Shown: positions 46,122-56,950, counted from the first letter of the stretch. The stretch: 64,000 nucleotides of DNA from Halorarum halobium (GCF_032116555.1 NZ_CP134949.1:2046001-2110000), one strand, 5' to 3'. The notes: generated by a model from the sequence alone, not told the origin. Made by a program: numbers and translations.

Positions 46122-47930
46122 CTATTCGACGTTGACGGACTTTGCCAGGTTTCGCGGTTTGTCGATTGGCCGACCGAGTTCGCGGGCGACGTGATAGCTC
46201 AGGAGCTGGAGTTGCACGTTGGCCATGAGCGGCGCGAGTTCCGGATGGGTCTCCTGGACCTCGAGCACCTCCCGAGCGATTTCGTCGACCCATTCGTGGG
46301 CACCGTCCGAGATGGCGATGATCGGTGCGCCCCGCGAGCGAATCTCTCGGAGCTGTGATCGAAAGTCCCGCTTTTCCGTCTCGCCGCCGGTCACGAGGGC
46401 GACGACCGGCGTCTCGGACGTGACGAGCGCGAGCGGGCCGTGTTTCAACTCGCTTCCCCGGTAGCCGTACGTGTCGACGTAGGAGACCTCGCGCAGTTTG
46501 AGCGAGCCCTCACGGGCGGCCGGATAGTTGAGCCCCTTTCCGAGGACGAAGAACCGTTCGGAGCCCGCGAACTCGGCTGCGACGCTCGCCGCCGTCGACG
46601 AGGCGACGTCCTGGCGAACGTAGCCGTCCAGGTTTCGCAGGGCATCGAAGTACGGGTGGAAGTCGCGGTCGGACTCCAGGGCTCCCGTCAACACTTTGTG
46701 CAGGAGGTTCAGCGTGATCGCCTGGCCGGTGAACGTCTTGGTCGCTGCGACGCCGATTTCGGGGCCCGCACGGACGTACACCGTGTGATCACACTCGCGC
46801 GAGAGCGACGAGCCGAAGACGTTCGTGACCGCGATCGATTCGACGGCCCCCATCTCCCGGGCGACGTCGAGGACGTCCGAACTCTCCCCGCTCTGTGAGA
46901 CGAAGATTGCCAGCCCCTCGTCGGCCTCACGTTCCGCGTCGTGATGCTCGCCCGGCGAGACGGCGGTCGCTGGAACCCCTGAGCCCCGGAGGAGCGACGC
47001 CGCGTACAGACACGCGTGATACGACGTCCCGGCACCGACCAGTTCGATCCCGTCGAAATCGGACGCCGAGACGTCGATGCCGACGTCGACGTCGTTCCGT
47101 AGTTCGTCGATCCGACCGTCGAGACAGCCCCGGACGGCCTCCGGCTGCTCGTGTATCTCCTTGAGCATGTAATGCTCGAAGCCACCTTTCCCGGCCTCCT
47201 CGGCCTCCCAACTGATCGTTTCCGTCTTTCGCTCGGCCAGGTTGCCGTTCGAGTCCCTGATCTCCACGTCGTCGGGCGCGATCTCCGCGACGTCACCGTC
47301 CTCGAGGTAGACGACGTCCTCCGTGTGATCGAGGATGGCCGGAACGTCGCTCGCGACGAAGTTCACGTCATCGCCGGTTCCGAGCACGATCGGTGACCCG
47401 TTCCGGGCGGCGTACAGCTTTCCGAACCCCCTCACGGCCATCAGTACCGAAAACGACCCCGTCAGCTTCAGCGTCGCGCTCCGGAGCGCCGTCAGCGGCG
47501 TGTAGCCGTCGGCGAGATACTCTTCGACGAGATGCGGCACGATCTCCGAATCCGTCCCGCTCGTGAACTCGTGACCGTCGGCCACGAGTTCCTCCGTGAC
47601 CGATTCGTGGTTTCCGATGATTCCGTTGTGGACCACGGCGACCCGACCGTCGCAGTCCACGTGCGGGTGCGCGTTGTCGTCGGTCGGCGGGCCGTGGGTC
47701 GACCACCGAGTGTGGCCGATGCCCGCCTGGAACCGTCGACCGCGATGGTCGTCCAGTTCCTCGTCGAGGCGGGCGAGTTCGCCGGTCCGTTTTTCGATCA
47801 CGAGATCGTCCTGAAGGAGACCGACGCCGGCCGAATCGTACCCCCTGTATTCGAGATTTTCCAGACAATCGACCACGACGTCCACGTCGATCGAGTTCGG
47901 TTCCCCCACACAGCCGATGATTCCACACAT
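46122..47930 (-). CDS. glmS: Glutamine--fructose-6-phosphate aminotransferase (divergent copy)
   Basis: MCGIIG, EYRGYDSAG, GHTRWSTHG, HNG, SQSGE, KHGP and PRNLAKSV motifs. Confidence 0.93.
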   Translation of the reverse strand: MCGIIGCVGEPNSIDVDVVVDCLENLEYRGYDSAGVGLLQDDLVIEKRTGELARLDEELDDHRGRRFQAGIGHTRWSTHGPPTDDNAHPHVDCDGRVAVVHNGIIGNHESVTEELVADGHEFTSGTDSEIVPHLVEEYLADGYTPLTALRSATLKLTGSFSVLMAVRGFGKLYAARNGSPIVLGTGDDVNFVASDVPAILDHTEDVVYLEDGDVAEIAPDDVEIRDSNGNLAERKTETISWEAEEAGKGGFEHYMLKEIHEQPEAVRGCLDGRIDELRNDVDVGIDVSASDFDGIELVGAGTSYHACLYAASLLRGSGVPATAVSPGEHHDAEREADEGLAIFVSQSGESSDVLDVAREMGAVESIAVTNVFGSSLSRECDHTVYVRAGPEIGVAATKTFTGQAITLNLLHKVLTGALESDRDFHPYFDALRNLDGYVRQDVASSTAASVAAEFAGSERFFVLGKGLNYPAAREGSLKLREVSYVDTYGYRGSELKHGPLALVTSETPVVALVTGGETEKRDFRSQLREIRSRGAPIIAISDGAHEWVDEIAREVLEVQETHPELAPLMANVQLQLLSYHVARELGRPIDKPRNLAKSVNVE

Positions 47931-48120
47931 AGTGTTGACTCGTACGTCCGCCGTCGGTTCGACCGACGGGGCCCGACTTCAGTCCGGTAGCTGACAGCAC
48001 GGACGGACCAGGGGGATATAATGGTTTCATCGGTGACTCGTTCAGCCGGCGATCGACCGACGCGGCCGGCACTCCGAGCGGGTGAGTCGCGTCGTGAAAA
48101 ATCGAACCGCGGAGTCGAGC

Positions 48121-49590
48121 CTACTCCGAACCGAACATCGAGCGCATCATCGGATGCATCTCCATGAGCTGCTCCTCGGCGATCTCCTCGTACAGCTTGT
48201 ACGTGATGGAGACCGTGAGCAGCAGGCCCGTCCCGGAGACGCCACCGAGGGTGCCGAGCATGTTCGCCAGCACGGCGAGCAGGCCCACGAGCGCGCCGCC
48301 GATGACTGTCACCTGCGGGATGTAGCGCTCCATGACCTTCTCGATGACCTGCGGGTTACGCCGGAAGCCGGGGATCTGCATCCCCGAGTTCTGGATCTGC
48401 TGGGCGGTCGACTTGGGCCCCATGCCCGTCGTCTCGACCCAGAAGATGGCGAAGATCGCCGACCCGACGACCGTCACGACGAGGTCGACGAGCACGCGCA
48501 ACGCGATCTCGGCCGGTTCGGCGGCCGGCGCGTAGACGAACCACATCCAGTCCTGTCGGGACTGGATCGGGGCCAGGTAGTAGAACAGCCCGCCGACGAC
48601 CTGCCCGTCGGCGTACTGGCCGATCCAGGCCGGCATCGACGCCAGCTGCTGGTTGAGGATCTGGCCGAGGAACTGGACGTTCGCCTGCAGCGCGCGGATG
48701 AGGATCATCGGCAGGACGCTCGCGTAGATGAGCTTGACCGGGAAGCGTCCCCGGGCGCCCTTCACGCGGGCGTGGCTCAGCGGGATCTCGATGCGAACGC
48801 TCTCCGCGTAGACGACGATGGCGAAGATGAGCACCGTCGTGAACAGCGCGAGGATGTTCCCCGGCTCGAAGAGGATCGCCTCGATGAGCGACCCCTCGAG
48901 CTGGACGCCGCCGGTCACGATGCCGAACCACGCCGGGAAGAAGCCGGTGACGTTCCCGAGCGCCTGCGTGGAGAACAGCCCGGCGACGAGCTGCTGGCTC
49001 ACCGACGCGATGATGAACAGCCCGATCCCGGAGCCGACGCCCCACTTCGAGATGACCTCGTCCATGAACAGGATGAGCACCCCGCCGACGAACATCTGTG
49101 CGAAGATGAGCGTCTGGACGCCGGTGGTCGCCCCCGCCGAGCCGAACAGCGTCTGGGCGACCTGCGGGTCGGCCGGCAGGTAGTTGCTGGCGAACACCAT
49201 CGGGAGCCCCGTCAGACAGATCATCACGACGACGAGCAGCTTCTGGAGGCCCTGATACAGCACCTGGTCGCGCGGGTCGTCGGTGTCGAGCCCGAGCAGG
49301 TCCGCGCCGCCGAGCAGCTGTAGCACGATCGACGCCGTGACGATCGGGCCGATCCCGAGCTGCATGATCGACCCCGACTGGCCGGCGAGGATCGACCGGA
49401 ACTGTCCGTAGAAGTCGCCGCTCGCGGTCTGGGTCGCCAGCCCGAACAGCGTCACGTTCGTCAGGAAAAAGTACATCACGAGGACGCCCGCGGTCCAGGC
49501 CAGCTTCCGCTTGAAGGGCACGTGGCCCTCCGGCCTGGTGACCGTGGGCATCCGCGTGAGTACCGGTTCCGCGGCCTCCTTCCAACTCAT
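48121..49590 (-). CDS. secY: Preprotein translocase SecY/Sec61alpha
   Basis: LGIGPIVTASI, KWGVGSG, IPGFRR and GTGLLL motifs. Confidence 0.98.
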   Translation of the reverse strand: MSWKEAAEPVLTRMPTVTRPEGHVPFKRKLAWTAGVLVMYFFLTNVTLFGLATQTASGDFYGQFRSILAGQSGSIMQLGIGPIVTASIVLQLLGGADLLGLDTDDPRDQVLYQGLQKLLVVVMICLTGLPMVFASNYLPADPQVAQTLFGSAGATTGVQTLIFAQMFVGGVLILFMDEVISKWGVGSGIGLFIIASVSQQLVAGLFSTQALGNVTGFFPAWFGIVTGGVQLEGSLIEAILFEPGNILALFTTVLIFAIVVYAESVRIEIPLSHARVKGARGRFPVKLIYASVLPMILIRALQANVQFLGQILNQQLASMPAWIGQYADGQVVGGLFYYLAPIQSRQDWMWFVYAPAAEPAEIALRVLVDLVVTVVGSAIFAIFWVETTGMGPKSTAQQIQNSGMQIPGFRRNPQVIEKVMERYIPQVTVIGGALVGLLAVLANMLGTLGGVSGTGLLLTVSITYKLYEEIAEEQLMEMHPMMRSMFGSE

Positions 49591-49593
49591 GGC

Positions 49594-50088
49594 TTACGCC
49601 TCTTCCTCGTCCTTTTGAGTATCTTCCGCTTCCGCCTCGGCCTCCTCGGCGCGGTCGGTGAGCGAGGCGGAGCCGCCCGCCTCCTCGATGAGCGTCCGCG
49701 CCTCGCCGGTGAACGCGTCGGCGGTGACGTGCAGTTCGCCGCGCACGGAGCCGTTCCCGAGCACCTTCACGACGTCCGCCTCGTGGCCGTCCTCGGCCAC
49801 GTCGCGGGCGTCGATGGCGTAGCCGTCGCCCCGCTCCTCGGCGAGGCCCTCCGCGGCCAGCAGCGCCGCGTCCTCGTCGAGCTTCTGGGCGGTGACCTCG
49901 ACGACGTCCTCCTGCACGGAGGGCGGTCGCTTGAAGCCGTGCTTGCCGAGCGGCCCGTAGAGGTTCCGCTCGTGCTTCTTCCGGCCGGCCGCGCCCCGGC
50001 CGCCGCGGTGACCGGCGCCGCGCCGGTTCTTGTGGCTGCCGCCGCCGTGCGTGCGCGAGCCGCGCTGTCGCCTCTTCTTGTTCGACAT
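49594..50088 (-). CDS. rpl15: 50S ribosomal protein uL15
   Basis: RGSRTHGGG...GGRG.AG and VKVLG.G. Confidence 0.97.
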   Translation of the reverse strand: MSNKKRRQRGSRTHGGGSHKNRRGAGHRGGRGAAGRKKHERNLYGPLGKHGFKRPPSVQEDVVEVTAQKLDEDAALLAAEGLAEERGDGYAIDARDVAEDGHEADVVKVLGNGSVRGELHVTADAFTGEARTLIEEAGGSASLTDRAEEAEAEAEDTQKDEEEA

Positions 50089-50546
50089 TATCGCATCGCC
50101 TCCAGGAGCGCGTCGATGTCCTCGTGACGGCCGAGTTCGCCGCCGTTCTTCTCGGCGTGCTTGATGCCGCGGTGGCCCTTGCGCGGGGGGTGGAGCCGGA
50201 TGGCCGGGGAGAGCCCCTGCTCGCGCAGGGTCGTCTCCTCGGCGACGAGCGCCTCGGCGAGCGCGCCGACGTCGTCGTAGTCGGTGTGCTCGTCGACCCA
50301 CTCGTCGTCGACGTCCGCGTCGCCCTCGAGCGCCTCGCCGCGGCGCTCGATGAGCTCGGCGACGGTCTCGGCCGAGGGCTCGCCGAAGGCGACGTAGTCG
50401 TTCACCTTGGCGATCATCCCGCGGTAGGTGTCCTCCTCGGGCACCAGCGTCGCGTGGTTCACGGCGTGGAGGTTCAGCATCTGCAGGGTGTCACGCTGTG
50501 CGGCCGAGGTGTCGACCTCGCCGCGAAGCTGGACGACCGCCTGCAT
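50088..50546 (-). CDS. rpl30: 50S ribosomal protein uL30
   Basis: AVVQLRG and RLHPPRKG; operon order. Confidence 0.97.
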   Translation of the reverse strand: MQAVVQLRGEVDTSAAQRDTLQMLNLHAVNHATLVPEEDTYRGMIAKVNDYVAFGEPSAETVAELIERRGEALEGDADVDDEWVDEHTDYDDVGALAEALVAEETTLREQGLSPAIRLHPPRKGHRGIKHAEKNGGELGRHEDIDALLEAMR

Positions 50547-51199
50547 CACTGGGCCCCCTCGCCGGCCTCCCGCTGGACGCGCCGTGCCCGGTCGGGCGTG
50601 CGCGCCTGCGACGCGTTCGTCAGCGCGTTGAACGTCGCCTTCGCGAGGTTGACCGTCGTTCGCGTGTTGCCGTCGGAGCTGGTCCAGGCGTCCTGCACGC
50701 CGGCCAGCTCGAGGATGTTGCGCACCGTCTCCGCGGCCGCCAACCCGAGCCCCTGCGGGGCCGGGCGGATCTCGACCGTGACGGAGCCGGCCTTGCCGGT
50801 CGCCGTCCGGGTGAGCGAGTTGACCCCGCCGGCGGAGTCCTCCCAGCTACCCGAGCCGCGGTCGACCTTGATGATGTTCAGCTTGGCGACCTCGATCGCC
50901 TTCTGGATCGCGCCGCCGACCTGGTCGTCGCGGGCCTCGGCGTAGCCGAGGTAGCCGTCGCGGTTCCCGATCGCACAGACGCAGCGGAACTTGACCCGGC
51001 GACCCGAGTCGGTCATCCGCTGGACCATGTTGATGTCGAGGACCTCGTCGTCCAGGCTCCCGAGGAGCTGGTCGACGATCTCCGGCTCCTTCAGCGGGAG
51101 GCCGGTGGCGAGCGCCTCGTCCATCGAGGTGACGTCGCCGTCCTGTACCTTGCGGCCGAGCCGCGTTCGCGGCTCCCAGCCGTCGTTGTTTCTGCTCAT
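50546..51199 (-). CDS. rps5: 30S ribosomal protein uS5
   Basis: [18 protein letters not shown] and PAPQGLG. Confidence 0.97.
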   Translation of the reverse strand: MSRNNDGWEPRTRLGRKVQDGDVTSMDEALATGLPLKEPEIVDQLLGSLDDEVLDINMVQRMTDSGRRVKFRCVCAIGNRDGYLGYAEARDDQVGGAIQKAIEVAKLNIIKVDRGSGSWEDSAGGVNSLTRTATGKAGSVTVEIRPAPQGLGLAAAETVRNILELAGVQDAWTSSDGNTRTTVNLAKATFNALTNASQARTPDRARRVQREAGEGAQ

Positions 51200-51757
51200 T
51201 TACTCGAAGTCCTCCGTTAGCGCCTCACGGACCTCGTCGAAGTGGTCCGGGAGATCCGCGGCGTCGAACTCCCCCGAGTAGAGCGGCTCGTCGAGCGACT
51301 CCGCGTAGGCGGCGATGTCCTCGCCGCGGTTGCGCGGCCACTCGGCCAGCACGTCCTCGCTGTGGGGGATTTCGAGCCCCGCGTCGATTGCACCTTCCTG
51401 TACTGCGAACGTCTTGTTGCCGGGGGTCGCCGTGTTGAGCCCGATGTCGAGCACGGCCTCGTCGAGGCCGGCGTCGACCGCGCGCAGGCCCGCGAGATAG
51501 CCCGTCAGGTACGCGCTGGGGATGTTGCCCGTGGGGGCTTCCCAGCCGTACTCCGACAGGTCCTCGCTGGACGCTGCGGCGTGGGTCTCGTCTCCGCTCG
51601 GACCGGGGGTGACCAGCTGCGCCCTGACGTGCCTGTTCGACACGCGCGCGACGAGTCGCGGCTTGCCGGATTTCAGCAGGCGCAACCTCTGGTGGTAGTC
51701 GGTCCGAACCTCGCGGCGGCGCCGCATCGGCACCTTGTATCGTGGTCCGGTTGCCAT
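51200..51757 (-). CDS. rpl18: 50S ribosomal protein uL18
   Basis: RRRREVRTDYHQRLRLL. Confidence 0.97.
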   Translation of the reverse strand: MATGPRYKVPMRRRREVRTDYHQRLRLLKSGKPRLVARVSNRHVRAQLVTPGPSGDETHAAASSEDLSEYGWEAPTGNIPSAYLTGYLAGLRAVDAGLDEAVLDIGLNTATPGNKTFAVQEGAIDAGLEIPHSEDVLAEWPRNRGEDIAAYAESLDEPLYSGEFDAADLPDHFDEVREALTEDFE

Positions 51758-52218
51758 TAGTCGTCCTCCAGTGTCACGTCGTAGTTGTTCACGACGTACG
51801 ATTCGAGCCGGCGCACGTCCTCGAACTCCCCGCCGGAGGCCTTGTCGTACAGCTCGCGGTACTGCGAGCGGTCGAGCGGGCCGTCGTCGCGGAGCTCCTT
51901 CAGGCGTGCACGCTGTGCGCGGATGCGGGCGATCCAGTCGGTCTTCTCGCTCTGCCGGCCGCCGGCCTTCCCTCGTCGGGAGCCGGCGCCCTTGCGGTGA
52001 CCGTACGCGCGCTTCTCGTCGCGCTCGCGGGCGCGGCCGCGGGAGTTCGCCTTCGCGTCCTCCGCGCGGATGTTGCCCTGCTGGATCTGCTCGCGGATGT
52101 CCTCGCGCGTGATCGAATCCGCCAGCTCGGACTGTGCTTCGGGGTTGAACCAGACGCGGCTCTTGCCGACGTCGAGGACGTCGGCGGCGAGCCGTCGCTG
52201 GGCGCTCAGATCACTCAT
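51757..52218 (-). CDS. rpl19e: 50S ribosomal protein eL19
   Basis: [12 protein letters not shown]...RVW, TREDIR. Confidence 0.97.
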   Translation of the reverse strand: MSDLSAQRRLAADVLDVGKSRVWFNPEAQSELADSITREDIREQIQQGNIRAEDAKANSRGRARERDEKRAYGHRKGAGSRRGKAGGRQSEKTDWIARIRAQRARLKELRDDGPLDRSQYRELYDKASGGEFEDVRRLESYVVNNYDVTLEDD

Positions 52219-52948
52219 CGTCGACCTCCACTTCGATGTACGTCGGGTTGAGGACGCGGATCTCGCGGTCCTCGCAGACGTCCTCGATGTTCTCGCGCTT
52301 GCGGTCGCCGACCTTCGAGGCGATGCGCACCGCCTCGGTGTCGGCGTCGACGCCCTCGAGGTCGTCCGTGTTGTGGACGCGGACCTCCTCGAAGCCGCTC
52401 GGGTGCAGGCCGCGTGCGCCCTTCGGCGTTCGGTAGCCGGCGGCGACCTTCGGGCCCTTGCCCTTGATGCCGCGGCGCTGTTTCGAGAGCCCGCCGCGCG
52501 GGCGTCGCCACGAGGTCGGCGTCCGTTTCTTCTTGTGGTAGTCCTGTCGGTTGAACTGGGGCATGCCCTCGCGGTGCTTCTGTGCGAGCGCACGCGCCGT
52601 CTCGTCGTCGAGGTCGGGGGTCTTGTCGACGTGGCCGCGCGGCTGCAGCTCCGTCTCGACCGCCTCGTCCTCCTCGGCCTCCTCGGCCTCGGGTTCCTCC
52701 TCCTCGATCTCGGCTTCGGTCTCGTCCTCCGACTCGACCTCGAGCCCGCCGACGTCGGCCTTGATGCGGGCCGCGAGGGCGTTCCCGACGCCCTCGATGT
52801 CGGCGAGTTCCGACTGGGACGCGGCCTTCACGTCCTCGACGGTCTCGTAGCCGGCCTCGCGGATCGCGTCCGCCTTCGAGGGGCCGACCCCGGAGATGTC
52901 CTCTAGCGACTCGACGTCCTCGGTCGTCTCGGCGTCGTCGTCAGCCAT
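52211..52948 (-). CDS. rpl32e: 50S ribosomal protein eL32 with N-terminal HhH/acidic extension
   Basis: [15 protein letters not shown] and [16 protein letters not shown] HhH motif. Confidence 0.96.
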   Translation of the reverse strand: MADDDAETTEDVESLEDISGVGPSKADAIREAGYETVEDVKAASQSELADIEGVGNALAARIKADVGGLEVESEDETEAEIEEEEPEAEEAEEDEAVETELQPRGHVDKTPDLDDETARALAQKHREGMPQFNRQDYHKKKRTPTSWRRPRGGLSKQRRGIKGKGPKVAAGYRTPKGARGLHPSGFEEVRVHNTDDLEGVDADTEAVRIASKVGDRKRENIEDVCEDREIRVLNPTYIEVEVDDE

Positions 52949-52951
52949 GGA

Positions 52952-53488
52952 TCAGGCACCTCCGGTCGGTTTCTCGGTGATGTACACGCCGTCCTGGAAG
53001 ACGCGCGTGTCCTTGTCGGTCACGCGGGTGAGCTGCTCGATGTTGGCGGCCGTCTGGCCGACGTCCTCCTTCGAGGGACCCGTGAGGGTGAGCTCCTCCC
53101 CGTCGATCTGTACGTCCGTGTCGCCGCGGATCGCCGCGCGGCGCGGAGCCTTCTCCCCGAGGAAGTTCGTGATGACGACGTCCTCGCCCTCCACGGAGAC
53201 GTCCATCGGGAAGTGGGCGTAGAAGACTTCCATCTTGTACTCCCACTCGTCGGTGACGCCGTGGATCATGTTTCCGACGTGGCTGCGGAAGGTGCCGACC
53301 GTCGCGGTCGTCTTCCGGTCCGCGTCGTCGTCGTGTTCGATGGCCACCAGGCCATCCTCGACGGAGACGCTCACGTTCGGGTACCACAGGCGACGCGTCG
53401 TCGAGCCGTTCGGCCCCTCGATCGTGAGATCGAGGTGGTCGAGCTCGGCCGACACGTCCTCGGGTAGTTCGATTTCTGTTCGTGCCAT
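52952..53488 (-). CDS. rpl6: 50S ribosomal protein uL6
   Basis: YAHFP, NFLGEK and DTRVFQDGVYI. Confidence 0.97.
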   Translation of the reverse strand: MARTEIELPEDVSAELDHLDLTIEGPNGSTTRRLWYPNVSVSVEDGLVAIEHDDDADRKTTATVGTFRSHVGNMIHGVTDEWEYKMEVFYAHFPMDVSVEGEDVVITNFLGEKAPRRAAIRGDTDVQIDGEELTLTGPSKEDVGQTAANIEQLTRVTDKDTRVFQDGVYITEKPTGGA

Positions 53489-53490
53489 TG

Positions 53491-53883
53491 TCAGTAGACG
53501 TATGCGATTACCTGGCCACCGATGCCCTGTTCGCGGGCCTCGTAGTGGCTCATGACGCCGTGGGAGGTGGTCACGATGAGCGAGCCGTAGTCGCGGGCGG
53601 GGAGGTAGCGCTTCTCCCAGCGCTCGTAGTCTTCCGCGCCCACGGAGTATCGGGGCTTCACCGCGCCACACTCGTTGATGGCGCCCTTCAGTTCGACCTC
53701 GAACAGGCCGGCTTTCCCGTCCTCGACGTACTCGAAGCCGTCGACGTAGCCGCGGTCGTACAGCACTTCGAGGATGGAGCCGACGATGTTCGAGGCGGGC
53801 TGGACCGTGTACTCCAGATGGCCGACGCTCTCGGCGTTGTCGAGTCCGCCGAGCGCGTCGGAGAGTGGATCGTTACCTGCCAT
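53491..53883 (-). CDS. rps8: 30S ribosomal protein uS8
   Basis: DPLSDAL...TTSHGVMSH.EA...GG. Confidence 0.97.
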   Translation of the reverse strand: MAGNDPLSDALGGLDNAESVGHLEYTVQPASNIVGSILEVLYDRGYVDGFEYVEDGKAGLFEVELKGAINECGAVKPRYSVGAEDYERWEKRYLPARDYGSLIVTTSHGVMSHYEAREQGIGGQVIAYVY

Positions 53884-53885
53884 TG

Positions 53886-54077
53886 TTATCGGTACTTACG
53901 GAAGCCCATGTCCCGGGCGACCTCGCGGAAGCACTGGCGACAGAGGTTGATGTCGTACTTGCCGACGAGCCCCTGCTTGCGCTGACACCGGCGGCACTCG
54001 TGGCGCTGGCCGGTGCGTTTCTCCGCGTGCTCGCCCGTGGATTCGGGCCCCTTCTGTTCGATGTCTGCGTCGCTCAT
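53886..54077 (-). CDS. rps14: 30S ribosomal protein uS14 (zinc-binding)
   Basis: CRRC...LCRQCFRE. Confidence 0.97.
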   Translation of the reverse strand: MSDADIEQKGPESTGEHAEKRTGQRHECRRCQRKQGLVGKYDINLCRQCFREVARDMGFRKYR

Positions 54078-54598
54078 TCGTTCACCTCGACCTCGAACTC
54101 GCGTTCGAGGAACGTCGTCGCGTCCTCGACGGACATCCGGTGCTTGGTCGGCAGCGACCGGGTGACCTTGTCCCGCTTGGAGACGCGGTAGCCCGGGCGC
54201 GTGAGCGCGACGGTGACGTCGAGCCCGTAGATGCCGATGCTCGGGTCGTACTCCTGGCTGGGGAACTCGGTGTGTTCCTCGACGCCGAAGCTGAAGTTGC
54301 CGTTGTCGTCGAACTGGTCGGCCGAGAGGTCGACCAGTTCCAGCGCCGTGTCGAGGAACGCGAGGGCGTCCTCGCCGCGGAGGGTGACCTTCGCGCCGAT
54401 GGGGTCGCCGGGACGGATGTCGAACTCGCCGATGGCCCGCTTGGCCGTCGTGCGAACCGACTCCTGTCCGGTGACCTCCTCGAGGATCTCCTCGGCGTTC
54501 GCGAGTTCGCGCCCGCCCTGGCCGACGCCCATGTGGACGACGACCTTGTCGATGCGCGGTGCGCGCATCTCGTGGAACTCCGATTCGGCCTCGCTCAT
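54074..54598 (-). CDS. rpl5: 50S ribosomal protein uL5
   Basis: [15 protein letters not shown] and [10 protein letters not shown]. Confidence 0.97.
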   Translation of the reverse strand: MSEAESEFHEMRAPRIDKVVVHMGVGQGGRELANAEEILEEVTGQESVRTTAKRAIGEFDIRPGDPIGAKVTLRGEDALAFLDTALELVDLSADQFDDNGNFSFGVEEHTEFPSQEYDPSIGIYGLDVTVALTRPGYRVSKRDKVTRSLPTKHRMSVEDATTFLEREFEVEVNE

Positions 54599-55296
54599 TC
54601 CTCATCACCCGTGAAGTTCTCGTCGATGACGACGACGTACTCCTCGACGGTCTCGAAGTCCTCGTCGTCCTCCCGTGCCACGGTGACGCCGTTCGCGCCC
54701 GAGCCGGGGGTGACGGTGATCTCCTCGACGGTTCCGATCTCGCCGGAGTGGGTCCCGTCGACGACGGTGACGAGCGCGCCCTCCTCGTAGGGGAAGTGCG
54801 CCACGATCTCCTTCGACTCGTTGTCGACGACCAGCGAGTCCTTGCCCGCGTACTCGCCGTCCTCGGTCTGGAGCGTCGTGCCGTCGTGGAGCGTGTACTG
54901 GAACGTGCCGCCGGCGACCTGCGTCTTGCCGGCCACCTTCCCGAGCCGCGAGGAGGCGGACTCCTCGTCGATTGGGGTCAGCGCGAGCCGACCGCCTTCG
55001 CCCGGGAACACGCGGAAGTACTCCTCGCGCTCGCGGAACGCCAGGATGTCGAACATCCCGACCGGGCGGGCCTCGTCCGAGACCGCCACGCCGTTGACGA
55101 GCACGGAGTCGTTGTCGAGCGCGTAGCGCGCCTCCTTCTTCGAGTCGACGTAGCCCAGCACGTCCCGGAGGACGATGAGCAGGGGCACGCCGGCCTCGCC
55201 GTGCGGGCCCGCGCCCGCCTTGACCGTGAACGTCCCTTCCTTGCGTTCGACCGGCCAGGCGTTCGGGGCCGACAGTCGCTTCTGGTGGTTGCTCAT
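54595..55296 (-). CDS. rps4e: 30S ribosomal protein eS4
   Basis: HQKRLSAP...AGPH, LHDG. Confidence 0.97.
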   Translation of the reverse strand: MSNHQKRLSAPNAWPVERKEGTFTVKAGAGPHGEAGVPLLIVLRDVLGYVDSKKEARYALDNDSVLVNGVAVSDEARPVGMFDILAFREREEYFRVFPGEGGRLALTPIDEESASSRLGKVAGKTQVAGGTFQYTLHDGTTLQTEDGEYAGKDSLVVDNESKEIVAHFPYEEGALVTVVDGTHSGEIGTVEEITVTPGSGANGVTVAREDDEDFETVEEYVVVIDENFTGDEE

Positions 55297-55659
55297 CTAT
55301 GCTGCCTCCTCGTCCGATTCGAGACGCGCCTCGCGGCGGTCGTCCTCGAGGTCGAGCTCCGTGACGCGGACGTTCGACGTGTCGAGCGGGCGGGGAACCT
55401 CCTCCCCGTCCGCCGACTCGATAGTGACGTCCTCGACGTGGATCGTCGCGTCGCGGAGGTCGACCGCCAGGACCTCGCCCTCCTCGCCGGCGAAGTCGCC
55501 GCGCATGACCTCGACGGTGTCGCCCGCGTTGACGCGGACGTTCCGCTGGTCGTACTCCTCCCGGAGCTCCTCCGAGAGGGTCGCGCGGACCTGCTTGTGT
55601 CGCTCGTGAAGGGGCGCGTCCCGCTGTCGGGTGCGCTGTTTGTGCGGTTGCGTGGTCAT
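55297..55659 (-). CDS. rpl24: 50S ribosomal protein uL24
   Basis: QPHKQR and GDTVEVMRG (KOW). Confidence 0.97.
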   Translation of the reverse strand: MTTQPHKQRTRQRDAPLHERHKQVRATLSEELREEYDQRNVRVNAGDTVEVMRGDFAGEEGEVLAVDLRDATIHVEDVTIESADGEEVPRPLDTSNVRVTELDLEDDRREARLESDEEAA

Positions 55660-56054
55660 ACGATCTGTGTCGCCGTTGATGCGATGCTCCCGAAGCGTTC
55701 GGCGACCTCGCGCGCGATGGGACCCTTGATCTCGGTCCCGCGCGGCTCGCTCATGTCGTCGATGACGACTGCAGCGTTGTCCGCGAACTTCACGCGCGTG
55801 CCGTCGGGGCGACGGATGGGCTTCCGTTGACGCACGACGACGGCCTCGAGGACCTGTCGGCGCATCTCGGGCGTGCCCTTGGTGACCGAGACGGTCACCT
55901 TGTCGCCCACTCCCGCTTTGGGGTGTCTGTTCTTGGTCCCGGTGTAGCCGGAGACGCTGATCACTTTCAGCTCACGCGCGCCGGTGTTGTCGGCACACGT
56001 GACGAGCGACCCCTTCTCGAGTCCCTGCGTGACGTCGGCCTTGAGGGCTTCCAT
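55656..56054 (-). CDS. rpl14: 50S ribosomal protein uL14
   Basis: CADNTGA, FADNAAV and KGPIAREV. Confidence 0.97.
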   Translation of the reverse strand: MEALKADVTQGLEKGSLVTCADNTGARELKVISVSGYTGTKNRHPKAGVGDKVTVSVTKGTPEMRRQVLEAVVVRQRKPIRRPDGTRVKFADNAAVVIDDMSEPRGTEIKGPIAREVAERFGSIASTATQIV

Positions 56055-56380
56055 CAGGAATCACCCTCCTGGATCTCGACGACCACGTGGGATTTCGTCT
56101 TCGAGAGCGGTCGCGTCTCGGCGATGCGCACCTCGTCGCCCTCCTCGACGTCGAGGCAGGGCGAGCAGTGCGCGGGGACGCGGCTCCGTCGTTTCATGTA
56201 GCGGTCGTACTTCGGTACGAAGACGTCGTACTCCCGCTCCACGACGACGGTCTTGTCCATCGCTGTGGAGGCGACCGTCCCCTCGAGCGTCTGCCCGCGC
56301 ACGGATAGCGTCCCGTGGTACGGACAGTTCTCGTCGGAGCAGGCCTCCTCCGGTTCGTCTGTGTTCAGTCCTATTGCCAT
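56054..56380 (-). CDS. rps17: 30S ribosomal protein uS17
   Basis: CPYHG.LSVRG, PKYDRY and ETRPLSKTK. Confidence 0.97.
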   Translation of the reverse strand: MAIGLNTDEPEEACSDENCPYHGTLSVRGQTLEGTVASTAMDKTVVVEREYDVFVPKYDRYMKRRSRVPAHCSPCLDVEEGDEVRIAETRPLSKTKSHVVVEIQEGDS

Positions 56381-56949
56381 GTCGAATCACCCGCACGTTC
56401 CGTGCGGAAGGCGGGTCGTGAGAGCAGTCTGTCCCCATCCACCGTAACGTAGACCGTACCCTCGCAACCGCCCGACTGACCGGCTGTGACCCCGGCAGTA
56501 TCGTCCTGCCCGCGCCCGACGGACAGCGTGTCGGGCGCGGACGACGGAAGTTCGGATACGGACCCCGGGGGCTTGCGCGCCCCGGCGGCTTCATATGTGG
56601 GCTCGCCCGCCGCGGTCGGATCCGCGGGAGCGAATTGGACGGAATCGTCCTCCGAGGGGAGCGCGAACTCGAACGTCGCGCCCCGTTTGGGTACACGCCT
56701 GTCCCCCGAGGCTCCGGCGGCGTCGCCGTCATCAGAACCGCACAGCGGTTCTGATTGGCTCACGAGAGCTTTGCTCTCGTGAACGCCTCGCCGAGACGCC
56801 TGCGGCGTCTCGCGGATAGATATGGTCCGCTGGCTCTCGGACACGACGCGCCCGGCGATGCCGACGTGGGCGTCGCTGGGCGCGGCGGCCACCCGAACGG
56901 GCAGCCCGATGAGTTCGTGTCGCGTGAGCGTTTCGGGGGTCAGTGGCAT
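56371..56949 (-). CDS. rnp1: Ribonuclease P protein component 1 (Rpp29/POP4) with two internal insertions
   Basis: HELIGL.V.V, G.VV.E, VPK...FEF and VDG..L..RP..R motifs; position between rpl29 and rps17. Confidence 0.9.
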   Translation of the reverse strand: MPLTPETLTRHELIGLPVRVAAAPSDAHVGIAGRVVSESQRTISIRETPQASRRGVHESKALVSQSEPLCGSDDGDAAGASGDRRVPKRGATFEFALPSEDDSVQFAPADPTAAGEPTYEAAGARKPPGSVSELPSSAPDTLSVGRGQDDTAGVTAGQSGGCEGTVYVTVDGDRLLSRPAFRTERAGDSTWQ

Positions 56950-56950
56950 A

